Shown: piece after piece, positions 50,985 through 63,097 of the stretch
Layout of the letters: each line of letters begins with the position of its first letter
Numbering within the stretch: position 1 is the first letter of the stretch
Source: Trichosphaerium sp. ATCC 40318
Lineage: Eukaryota; Protista; Tubulinea
Direction: 5' to 3'
Length of the DNA: 64,000 nucleotides
Assembly: GCA_038496445.1 (NCBI GenBank)
Contig: JALMLS010000048.1
Coordinates: 1-64,000 of the forward strand
Made by a program: the position numbers and the translations under genes
The notes under the pieces: model-generated
Databases searched by the model: none
What the model was told of the DNA's origin: nothing
Seen by the model: only the letters and a program-made list of their open reading frames with translations

Positions 50985-53307
50985 TTATTCGCCGTGTATG
51001 CTTTTTTTGTGGGTTTTTGATTCCTTTCCAGAAGGTGATATTACCTCAATCTTCATGGCATTAGAGGAACGCATTCTTGCAAGTTGTACAAGTTGAGCTC
51101 TATCTTTAGGCTGAATAGGCTTTGAAGCACCTGAAAACAAAGTTTTAAAAGGTATAAAGTTATATCTGTTTACCTCGCATCCATCTTCCTCTTGCTTGAT
51201 GTGAGCGCGATCTTGCTCTCGTTTGAGAAGGTGCCGATAAACCTTGTCGACTTTTACTTGATTTAGATCTACTACTTGGAGAAATAGCCCTTGGGCTTGA
51301 ACCAGAAAACCCACTCTTCAAAGAGTAAATTAGTAGGGGTACATAAAACTAAAAGCTAGTTCCTACTTTTTTCTTGCGAGGGCGTCGCTCCAATTCTTGT
51401 ATAATAGGAACTGGTGTTGATATTGCAAGCGTCAACCTATTATTTTCAGGAGCCTGAATAAAGTGTTGGTATCAAAGACAGGAGTTTAAATAAGGTACCG
51501 GTGAGATTTGAATTGTTCTCTTTCTTGGTATGTTAGATAAAGTTCCTTCGCCGATATCGTTCGTCTTGATGTACCACAGGAGTAACACAGACAAGAACTG
51601 AACGCTTTTCTACAACATGACAATGTAAGGGAGGAATAGAGTAAGGCCAAGACGTACTTGAGATAGAACTAAGCCAACCATTGGATCAGCCTATAAGCCA
51701 TTAGTAAGTGTATGTTTCGTTCTTTAGTCCTACCTCTTTACTACGCCACAAGTTTGGTGCTACACAAATAGCTAGATTTTGAGGAGTCATCATATTAACT
51801 CCGTGATGCAACGCAGTCATCGCAAGCCTGTAAAAATCATCAAAATTATCAAATTATGCAAAATAGATTACAAGTCCAAAAGCCAGAATAAGATTGAGCG
51901 TTCTTGTTCTGGTAAGGTTTCAACGATTGCTGTAGCTGCTTTTTCATCGAGTTCTTTCATAAGCTCGGAAGCAGGAATAGGAGAAAAAAGAGGTTGAGGC
52001 ATCTCTCTGAACCACAGCTATTGAAACAAAATTATTAAGACCACGTGATAACAAAACAAAAAAATTGAAAAGTTTTTCGCCCTGGCCTGTCTAGTAAAAG
52101 CAGTACATATGCCATAATAACAATACTTGCAGTATTGAAATGGGTATGATATTTTCTTAATTGTGCTCACCTTGATCAAAGTTGCTAAATTGTATGCGTC
52201 GCTTGTCTTTGCAAACTTTTTCTTATTCATAGCTTGCTTTAGCTGCTGACAAACGCCAATATCTCCATTGATACGAAATATACCCTCCTTTTTCAGACCG
52301 TTACATTTAATTAACTCGTCCTTTAAAAGCTCGAGAATGAGCGGTACTTCGCGACCTAACAGCGGAAGGCAATAAAGAATTGTTGTACAACAAAAAAAAA
52401 TAGAGCTCATCAGTACCTTGCCACTCAACTTTCTCTAGCGTGTCAACATCACTTCCAAACCTACATTTTACATAAGATACACAATAAACACCACTTTAAG
52501 TACTTACCAACCACATTCAGTGTGTCTCAAGCGAACAGGAAGAAAACATTCAACACCTAGAAACAATGACCAAAACATGAATAAAAATTATCTATGGTGT
52601 GCCTCCTATTATGGCAGGGATACTACAATGAAATGTAATGTACTAGCTGTTGAAAGAAAAGAAAGAGTAAAGAACACAAAAAAGTACGCACGTGAGATCA
52701 AGTGGATGCTGAAGAGGTGACCGAAGCGTTATTTTTATCTTCACGCGTTTCTTTTTTCCCTTATTTTATTTTAGGCGAAGGGTAGTACTTGGCTTTAATT
52801 TCAAGAAATCTAGCGTACCGCGCCAATAGCTCCCCTAAATTACACTTAATTATATTATATAGTATCATATAAGTACCCATTAGGCGTTATAGCAAATTCG
52901 AAAGCTTTTGTGATCAATGCTTTGCCATTGAACGAAAACTTCACCTAAAAAAAAAACATTATTAAAAACACACTTTCCTGCTGTAAGATATAATTTTTGG
53001 CGCCTCTGTACCTTTCCTTTAGGTAAAAGAGATGTTATCTCAATATCTTCATTTACAACAACACAACTCTTCGTATCGAATAGCTGTTTATCTATGAGGA
53101 TATCCAACTCTGTTTTATTCGTCTAGACGCGAAGAAAAAAGAAAATAAATAAACACGTGATTAAAGCTTAGAAGACGCTCTAAATGAACGCACTTGGAAT
53201 AGATTAGCTTTGTTCACTACAAGTAATGAGAACATGAAGACCTAAATAAGCGTACAGGTATGTCTTCTTCCTGAAGGATTACCCTCTTTGCTAGCATGTT
53301 TGCCCAT
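50985..53307 (-). CDS. RhoGAP-domain protein
   Basis: VPLILELLKDELIKCNGLKKEGIFRING (Arg finger), LATLIK-LWFREMPQPL, MDSSNLAICVAPNLW. The start (MGKHASKE) is approximate. Confidence 0.88.
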
Positions 53308-53740
53308 TGGGGCAGGCGTGTAGGATCAACGACTTCGTGAGAAAAGTGCTTGTAAAAATGAAAACAAAAATACTACCAAAATCACTTGTCAACCGACGTC
53401 AATTGTTCGCCAGCCAGCTGTTTCAATCACCAGTGCCAAGTTTTGGAAACAAATGCCGTAAACTCACAGTTCAAGCCAAGCAAATACTCAAATAGCGTTT
53501 CAATAACAACATGTGCAAAATTTTTACAACACAAGAGCATGTAACGACGAAAAGAGCTACGGTTTTTTCAACTGTATCATCATCTTTTTAGAGCCAAAAT
53601 ATAGAGTTCAGGAGGAAGACGTTTACTTTAAAAAGAAAAGTACAAAATTAAGTGGTGATCGCGTCTCGTTGCCTTTAAATAGAAGTTGCACTCTTAGTTT
53701 ATTTAAACCATGAGTGCAACAATTAAACGAAGAAAACACT

Positions 53741-53817
53741 CTACAGGTGGGCGCTCTACCACTGAGCTACGGCGGGTAAGTCCCGCCGGGTAGGAATCGA
53801 ACCTCCGACCTCCAAAT
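53741..53817 (-). tRNA. Circularly permuted tRNA-Tyr(GUA)-like gene: 3' half (53817-53781), CTTA linker, 5' half (53776-53741)
   Basis: Minus strand reads ATTTGG AGGTC GGAGG TTCGATT CCTACC CGGCGGG A [CTTA] CCCGCCG TA GCTC AGTGGTA GAGC G CCCAC CTGTAG. Perfect 7-bp acceptor stem and D arm, canonical T loop, C1:G72 + A73 + GUA. The anticodon stem has 2 mismatches and the T stem a 1-nt bulge. Confidence 0.7.
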
Positions 53818-54276
53818 CAGAAAGACTCGATGACATCCTTGCACAACGTCAAATTAAGTCAATACAATTCATATTTATTCAACTCGCGCGACAACCAAAT
53901 TTATTGTGGTTTTAGGATAGCTCGATTGTCATAATGGTGACTCCCTTTTACGGCGTTTTACCATTGTTTAAGCCGTTGCGGTATTGAATGGATGCTAAAT
54001 GATTTAGAACGGTGTTTGTTAGCGCAAAAGGAAGTTTACAAATGTTCCTAAAAATAAACCTAAAACGTGAAAAACTGAGGGGTAACTTGGTTACAAACGT
54101 TTCTGAGATTTTTCGCAGGTGACAGTTACATGAATATTGCCACTGTCTCACAATAGTGAGTAAATGTTTTTTACGTATAGCGGTGCTTTGTAGCTTTGTT
54201 GTAGGTTTAGTACGTAAGGTACACTGCATCCTTATAAAGACAGCAGCTACATAATTTCAGCCCAACATAAAAACAG

Positions 54277-54427
54277 TGCAAGAAAGTGTTAAAGCATTGA
54301 AAGGTGTTCATTCGCTCAGTCTCAATATCAGCAGTGACAGACGGGAGTAAAAGCTCTAAAAGGGATTCATACGCTTAACATTGAGCATTGTAATGTTACA
54401 GACGAAGGAATCAAAGCGCTGAATAGT
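54277..54427 (+). pseudogene. Decayed remnant of the GVHT-type LRR family
   Basis: ESVKALKGVHSLSL...(frameshift)...VKALKGIHTLNIEHCNVTDEGIKALN matches the repeat unit of 26110-27141. Confidence 0.7.
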
Positions 54428-54494
54428 TCTTTTGATTTTTGTTATTTACAAAGGGATCCAACTAGACAATCATCAATACGTTTATACTTTATAT

Positions 54495-57400
54495 TCAATT
54501 TACAACAATGTTTATATTGCCCTCCATTTCAAGTTCGTTTATCATTTCATTAGAAATAGACTTTATCTTATACTCTCTACCAACCTTATACTTAAAAATT
54601 AAAACGGCAAGTATCCTGCAAGCAACCAATACAAAAAGCAATACAACAACATCATAAACTTCAGATTGAGAATCTAAATCAAGAAAAAACAAAGAAAGTC
54701 CGCCAAGGTTTACAGTAGTATTTTGTCCTTGTTCAGCACATACTCTTTCAGCAGCTAAAGACAAAATATAAGTATTGAGGAGATCAAAATAAGAACGAAT
54801 CAAAATAAGAACGAACCAGCATAATTTGCAGATCCATATGTATCTTCGAGTTCGTGTAAGTCGTTACAATCAAATGTCATATCACAACATATCAAGTTAT
54901 TATGAAGTAATGCTCGGTAACTACAAAAAAGGAAGTAAGGCATAGGAACAGTAGTAAAGAACCAGACTTATCAGTAGAATGTAAAAATGAAAAAAAACAA
55001 TGTTTATACAGCAATGTTTTTCATAATCGTACGTTATAGCTGGGATAGATGTCCAGTAGAATGGAATAAATATCGGTAAAATATGGCTGTAAACAATAAG
55101 CAAACCTCCAAAAACGGATCCCAATCCTACAAACAGTTGATGTTAGTAACAAGGAAAAACAACAATATTACGAACCAAGAAGTAAGAAGCACAATGTGTA
55201 AACAGTTCCAATCTTATTTGTTACAAAAGAGCACAAACAAACAACTGACTGCCAAGCTGCAGCACCAAGCTATACGCAACATTTAGTACAATAGATAAAG
55301 AACTTAACATACTGTTAGAGTGAGAAGGAAGAACACTGTGTTGTAGAGTTCAGTGTTTAAATCCACCAACCTAACACAATCAATTAAGAGCGGTTATTAC
55401 GTTGCTACTATACATACCAGTATCCAATTACTGTAAGTATGAGTACTTGAATAGTAGCTAAAGGTACTTCATGAAGAAACAATGCGCTCATATAAGTTGA
55501 CATTCTTATCGAGAATTTTTCAAGCTCTTTTCGCAGAATAGATCTCTCTAACAAATTATGTTAGCCTCTAAAGGCACGTATGGTTAAATACCTTCAAAAT
55601 ACATTGGTACAATATCTAAGTATTGTATAACCATTGAATACGTAGCAATTATAACAATATACATGATACTCTTATATCTATGTAAAAGTGAGAACAACGC
55701 TACATAAACCTGCAATTGGGCGCCAGACAAATAAAAGTAAACCAAGAATAAGCAAATCAATACATGTTTTGGGACTTTTAGTACTAGGCCCAAGATGCTT
55801 GTTAAAATACGTACGGTCTATACCAAATGTTGCGATCTAAAAATAAAGAGTAAACACGTGATTGCACGTAATAAAGAAAGATAGCTTACCGATAAATCCT
55901 TTACCACCAAAAGCAACTCCTAATAATAACGAAGCGCAAAACACTTGAAACAACTGAGAGAACATACTTCCACGAGAAACGTATCTCAAGTACCTTAGTA
56001 GAGTGAGTACTTTAGGCACTATAAGATGGTATTCACTTCGTACCTCCTTGAGAAAAGCACTGATATTTCAGAAAGCCAAGAACAAGCATATTGAGGTGGA
56101 GAAAGCAATTCTTTTAGTTTATCGGTCTAAGCAAAGTATTAGCTAACGTGGTTTCTTGCAAAAGCAAACTCACCTGCACTGGTAAGCTATTAATATCGTC
56201 AGCAAGTTGCTGCTTTATACTGGAGTCTTTATATGTTTGCTCGAGCCTGGCAGCTTGGAATAAAGTCAGACATTAACTTAGTATTAAAGGGATGTCGCAC
56301 CTGAATTGGACCTTTCGTTGTCTTCTGTAGGATCCAATCCGACGGCATCGATGATAAAATCACCTGGACTTTCATTGTCCTTAAGTTCACCGAAACCTTG
56401 CTCTGTAAAGTAATCTACAGCCTTACTAGGAGGACCAAAATATACAACTGTTCCATTTTGTCCGAGAAGTAAAACTGTATCAAAGATAGCAAAGCTACAA
56501 GTGGTGTTAAAAATACGAGTTTTCTTCGCTTAAAACAGCCTAAACTTTACACGTACCTATCAGGGCGAGGTGAGTGGATTGTTGTTACAATAGTACGGTT
56601 CCCTGATGTAGCAAGACTCTTTAGTAATTGAATGAACTTATGAGCAGAGTTGGCATCTAAAAGAGTAAGTTTCACTTTGAAACTGACACGAAATCTTGTG
56701 TACCTAGGCCACTTGTTGGTTCATCTAGAAGTAGCAAAGCTGGAAGCCTATTTGTTTATTAAATTACGTGATATCAATACCCATGATAGCACGTACTTGA
56801 GAAGTTCCAAGGCAGTTGAAAGACGTCTGCGTTGTCCACCACTTATACCAGGTGTATTTCTATCGCCCACTTTAGTATTCTTAGCGCTTGTCAAACCGAC
56901 TTCATTAAGAACTTGGTCAACTCGAGATACTACTTTATCTTCAGGGAGACATAAGCGAGCAGCATAGGTAAGTGTCTATCAAGCAAAACACATTAGAAAT
57001 TAGGAACGACAGCAAGGAAATTATCCAAAAAACACGTACTTCTCCAACGGTAAGATCTTTAAAAAAGATATCATTCTGTTTCACATATCCGCTCTTCTTT
57101 CTCATCACAACAGCGTAATTTTCTAATTCAAGGTCGTTACCATCAATTAACCGCCTTCCAGTCTTTTAAACAATATCGTTAGTGCTGTGAGCTTCCGCTT
57201 TAGAAAAAAATAAATAAAAATACCATGTATCCCCCTCTTGTCCTTCCACTGAGAACATTGAGTACTGTCGTCTTTCCTGAACCAGAAGGGCCTTGTATAG
57301 TTTTTCAGTAGGGTATTTAATATTAAATAACCACTCATTGGCCGTTAAGTACCCATTATAGCTGTGAATGTTCCAGGCTTAAAAAGTGCAGATATGTCAT

Positions 57401-57686
57401 TAACAATATTTTTACGCTTCTTTTTGAATGGATTTTGAAGACAACACATCTTCTTAAATTTGGAAGCCATAGATTCTTTAATATCAACATAATAACTAAA
57501 AACAAACCCACATATCAGCATATTTGAAAAGTACATGAAAGACAAAAAAAATAGCAGGAGAATAAAACAAGAAAAAACCAACCTTAAGTTTGAACAAGCT
57601 AATGTAATCGTTTCTACATTAGATCGTGGTATAAGCATTTCATCAACTTCATCATCCTTTACGGGATTATAAGCATCTAGTTTCAA
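54495..57686 (-). CDS. ABCG (White-type) half transporter
   Basis: Walker A GPSGSGKTTVLNVLSG, signature PGISGGQRRRLS, LDEPTSGLDA, TTIHSP, followed by a C-terminal TM domain. Confidence 0.95.
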
Positions 57687-58749
57687 CCTAACGCGAACTA
57701 ATTAGCTTAATTGCACCAATGGTGAGCGTTCACATGTTGAACTTTTAAACCAAAAAATCCACAGCGGAAAAAGTACTTTGCCATTCCTCCGAAAATAAGA
57801 AGGATGTGGTTTTAATAAGCAAGACATAGCGTACGTTGTCATCGAAGCACGGAGAGATCTGTGTTTAAAACACATAAAGCAACTCGCTAAATTAGTCATT
57901 GCTATTACTGCCACCATAGCTATGACAGTAATATAGCTCCACATTGTTATTGTTCGCGTTGGTTTTCCTTTTGTTACATATTTTTTTAGAGGATCAACTT
58001 GTTGCCCGTTGTTTTGTCCGTTAGGGTTTGAATTAGGCTGTCTATAGTTTCAAGCATTAGATAACCATTTTTGTTTACGTAAAACTAAAAAGAGATTGTT
58101 GGTCGCAAAACGCACCCCATTGGGCGTCCTTGACCTCCTCTGGGCGTCTGAGACTCGCCTAAGCGTCATTAGCGACAATCTACGAAAAAGGCCGCAAAGT
58201 GTCAACGTGGGATCGTAACACAACATCTTTCAATCGCTATAGGACGAACATAGAAGGGGAAACAGAGAACCATAGTCCCGCAACTGTCGGGGTTGGTAAA
58301 AATTATACGTACAGGTGCTTGTGTAAAAGACCAATGTTATACATAAAACGACCATTGTCCATCGTAAAACGCTCATCTCGAGATGAATAAGTGCGTTTCC
58401 GACGAATAAATTTTCGTTTAAACAGGAATGCACTTGACCATGTTTCGGGAGTTACGGGCTGACAATAAGACAAGTTGCGGCGCTTGAAAGTACAGGAATA
58501 GACAAATCCCTCCTACGCTCAGTTTGAGTACCTACAGCCAGAAATAAGTATTGTCAGAATAAAAACTACAAATAACAAATAAAACAGCACATGTTACGTC
58601 ACAAGAAGAGTAAACCTTCGGTTAAACGTAAGCTAGATAGGAGAGCTCTAAAAGGCACTAAAACAAGTCTAATGATAGTCTCAGAGAAACTGCCGCGTTT
58701 TTTTTTCTTGTGATTGTAGTTAATGTACAGCTGTTATTGAATCTAAGAT

Positions 58750-59750
58750 TCAAGTATCAAAATCAGTGTATGCAAGATCAGGATCAGTGAATCCGTCTTC
58801 GAAAAGTAAATAGCACAATAAACCAGTCTCATTCACTTCTTCTCGCATGTGTAATGAGTGATCACCATAAACACTTTCAAAAACAACGGCAGCAGCTGTC
58901 CATAAATCCCAACAAGATTCTCTCATAAAACTAAATACCTCGTTTAAATCTGTTATTTGTAGTTGTCTGTTTTTGAATTCATCGACCATTCTTTGGCTCC
59001 AGGCCACCAAATTAGCCTCTCCTCCATACTTATGTACTATGCCCTGTGATATATATAGAATAAGTTGTTTGAAAGGCTCCTTGGAACGATTTGGATCCAT
59101 AAAACGTAGTTTGATTTTGAAGTGTTCGAGAAGCTCCTCTTTCGTTTTGAAACAAGGTCTATACATAGAAAACAGTTTAAATGTCAAGAAGGCCGAAGTG
59201 TATTGACAAGAACCCCAATCCAAGCAAATAACTTCGTTGGAGACACCAAATAGCTTATGTATAAGCTCCTTAGCGTTACCATCGCAGCTTTCACTTAATT
59301 TCATTAGATCCTTCGTTGACATCTTTTGAGCTATTGCTTCACATGCATCGACACTTTTTGTACGCCCCATGAGCATTGAATGCACTCCGATAAGGGCATA
59401 TTGAATCAGTAGCAATGGATTGAAAAATAGACTACACCAAGAAGGTAAATTTGGTTGTTCCGCTTCTTGGAGCTTCTTTTGTTCGCGTAGAATGCCATCT
59501 GGGAAGAAATTATAAGAAAAACACAAATGTCATATTTCGCTAAAATGCCTTTAAAAGTTACGCAACGCGCACCTTTGAGCGTAAGGGCAACTTGGTTGTG
59601 TTTGTTGCCTTCCAGTAAAAATGGCTGTAGCAAAACCAAAGCTTTATCGTATGACGGACCACCTACTTCAATCAGCTGGTTAATGGTTGCCAAAGGAAAC
59701 TCCAAATCGGTCCTCGTTCCGTAATCGTCGTCAACCGTGTTTTCTTCCAT
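58750..59750 (-). CDS. Hypothetical helical protein (probably 2 exons)
   Basis: Overlapping minus-strand ORFs 59406-59750 and 58750-59526 with a probable short intron; no family recognised. Confidence 0.55.
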
Positions 59751-59895
59751 TAGGTAGTATACATTGTAATGTACAAAGTAAGAAAATATTGCACAGCACA
59801 GAAACAGGTGGACTGAACGTCAAAAATAGTCTGGTTTTCGCTGAAAGTACAACTACCCAAAACAAACCACAAATTGTTCATAACAGTCACGTAGC

Positions 59896-60943
59896 ATGTG
59901 GGGTACAGAACCAAAGACGCACAAACCTGTACGCGCATTCCGTTCGCCTGTCTATTAGTTCTTCACTAAACAGCCCGCAGATTTTTCCGCTGATAAAAGA
60001 CAAGATAAACAAGGAGTTTGATCCAAAAAATATTACTTATGTAGAGCTGAACCATGTAAACAGGGTCTTTTTGTTATTTACGCTTACAAATTGGCGTAGA
60101 TATCTAAAGGAAAGCCATGCTTTATGTTAAAAAATGTTTTAACGCCAGAGGAGTGTAAACTAATGATTAACGCCAGTGAGAGTACTGGATACCAAGACGC
60201 GCAAGAGTACTGCCATATGTACAGAGACAGGTAACGTAAATGACCCTTTGCCTGAAGAAAACCGCATTGCAAAATCACCAAAAGTTGACAAAATTTCCAG
60301 GTTGAATGACCGCACTATGAGCGACGATGATGGTTTTACAGACTTCATATACAACCGCGTTAAATCATACCTTCCTAAAACACTAACTATTGGTTTCAAT
60401 AATACCTTGTGGGACCTAGACGACTTGAATACTAGGTTTGCTTTTTTTTGTTCAAATATTAAATATTAATGGTTGTCCCTTAGATGGCGTTACTGTCGTT
60501 ATGTCAGAGGTCATTACTTTGGAAAACACTCTGATGGAAGATACACAAAAACTATGTCCTACCAGAGGTACTACGCTACAAGAAATCACAAGAAAAAGAA
60601 AAAAAAATCAGCACGTGAACCCAATTTTTTGTTAACACTTTTTTTAGTCACCTGACTTTTATGCTTTACCTAAACGGTCCACAAGACAAATCATTTGCAG
60701 TACGTAATTATGTTATATTCTTAAAACTTATAATTTATTCAGGGAGGTAGTACAAACTTTGTAGACCGCATGGGTAAACCAAAATACGAAATAGTACCTG
60801 AACCAGGATTGGCATTAGTTTTCTTACAAGCAGACTCTGATTTACTCCACGAAGGAGCTAAATTAAGGGATGGTACAAAGTACATTCTTCGTACCGATGT
60901 CATGTACAAATTCAGAGCACCAGACCGCAAACCTAAAAAGTAG
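59896..60943 (+). CDS. 2OG-Fe(II) oxygenase (prolyl-4-hydroxylase-like)
   Basis: NVLTPEEC, RYCRYVRGHYFGKHSDG (HxD), TFMLYLN, GGSTNF, LLHEG, KYILRTDVMY. Confidence 0.92.
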
Positions 60944-61272
60944 TTACCTAGTTTGTGATTTTTAATAAAAACTTAGTTTAAAACTGTATCAGTTTTTATA
61001 ATTTAGCACAAAACACTCATGCCCGTGAGATGGTTAGCAAAGCGAGTTGTGAACAGGTTAGATATTAAATATGATTGCATTATTGTACAAGTTTAAGGTG
61101 CCACAATGCATTCATTACGTTACAAATATCAAAAACTGACATGCTTTTGACAACTTTCAAACTCATCATTTATTTCCTATTTGTTACCATGACATGCTTT
61201 CACTTGTAATGAACATAACTCGATTTGACGCTTTCAAAGCACAATTGTTTGGTGTCATTCTTTTTTTTCAGA

Positions 61273-62471
61273 ATGCCTTGCCTTGAGTACGAATTCGTCG
61301 TTCGCCTTAATTGGGACAATACTCTCAAATTGAGAAGCCAATATCACGCACATAATATATTAGAATGTCCATTACGGAGTACAGAGACAGAGATCTGCAA
61401 ACAATTGGTAGAAAACTAACACAACTTTTCTACAAAGAATAAACAACGTTTCTAATCGTTAAGTATAGATGAGTTTAGCGCTATGCTCAATTTACAAGCG
61501 AATGTGCTTTGGCCAAGCGAAATACAACATATTCGCAAATACGGGCTGGCTAAAGACTCAACAGTTAGAATACTAGACGTAGGCACTGGTATGGGAACAA
61601 TTTGCTTCAGATTGGCAAAAGAATACCCAAATGCGTCTATTATCGGTATAGACTTGGTAATACTACAATCCACGCGCCGAAAACCTCTAATACTAAATTA
61701 GGAGCAAAAATACGTTGATGCTTGTAACGAGCTTTTGAAGACTGCACCAGATTCAAGTAACATACAGTTCAAACTTGGAGATGGACATGGGATAGATTTT
61801 CCAGATAACCATTTTGATTTAATTCTATGCCGTGCTGTGCTACATACCCTGGATGATCCATCACCACTTGTTAAAGAGATGACACGTGTTGCTAAGAAAG
61901 GCACGTGGTTGTTGTAAAACGACATTTGTAAACAACCAATATGGCTTGTTTTGTTCTGCAAGTAGAAATTAACATTCTGCTTAGGTGGACGTGTTCATAT
62001 ACTCAGCGAAGATTATGGTATGATTTACGCTCATCCATGTGAGAAAGAATGGGATGAATTCATAGCAAGAGGTAATTAAGAATTGCAAATATATTTCTGA
62101 TTGCGTTCATAGTAATGGTACCACTGTATAAAGCTACTGGTGGCAATGCCAAGTATGGGCGAATGACATATACTACACTAAAGCAAATAGATCCTAAAGC
62201 ACAGATTGATATTAACTACGTTGTTGGAGATACGTGCAAGATTGACAGAGAGTACTTAGCAAAGGTAACTAGCTCTAAAAAAAAAGTTATTAAATGCCAT
62301 TGTTAGATGTTCGAAACTTGGAGAGACGGCTATGCAAAAGTCCAATCAAAACATTCTGGTGTACCTCTTGATGAAGTTAAGGCTTACTGGAACTCATTAA
62401 TTTCATGCTGTAGAAATCCTGTAGGTTATGCTTGTTGGAACTGCCCTTTAGCAACAATTACAAAGCAGTAA
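61273..62471 (+). CDS. Class I SAM-dependent methyltransferase
   Basis: RILDVGTGMG motif I, FPDNHFDLILCR, EMTRVAKKG-GRVHILSEDYGM. The start is approximate. Confidence 0.88.
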
Positions 62472-62699
62472 AATTAAAACAAAATTCAAAATCAATAAAG
62501 TTAACTACTCTCGAACTTATTGTTGCCAGGCAAGTGTTGTCAAAAAAGCCGCTGCTGTAGCAAAAATTAACTCAAAAAACCAAGGGTATTCCTATCGTGG
62601 TTCTTTTTTTATCCAAAAGTGCTGGTAGGAACATTAAGAAAAAAGTTGGAAATACCTTATAGTTTTGAGTAAATTATACTTAGCCTAATAATCCAATTA

Positions 62700-62838
62700 G
62701 GTCGAATTCTGGAAATGGGAGCACCACATGAGCGATTAAGAATAACAAATGGAGGGCTTTCTAGTTAACTAACACTGGACCTGCTTTGTCTCAGTATCTT
62801 AGGTCTTTAGCAAAAGATAGCCAACTAACATTAATATA
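62700..62838 (+). pseudogene. Possible relic last exon of an ABCC/MRP-type transporter
   Basis: GRILEMGAPHE...(frameshift)TNTGPALSQYLRSLAK resembles the ABCC C-terminal tail from memory; no upstream gene is present. Confidence 0.4.
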
Positions 62839-63097
62839 AAGTGTTTGTAAAACACGATATAAATAATCGTTGTACATACAAAATACCCATTAAAGCTGCA
62901 ACAAGTCATTCTAACATGCTACCAGAGGCTAAACTGTCGGTAAGTCTGAGTCATGAATAGCTCTATCAGTGTTTCTAAGGATATTTCAATACTAGTCAGC
63001 ATAGTACTGCTTATTGACGTGATACAGGTAATCCTGGTTCAACACAAATATGAAAAGTCTTGTTTTATTCTAACTACATTATTTTGTTATTGCCACT

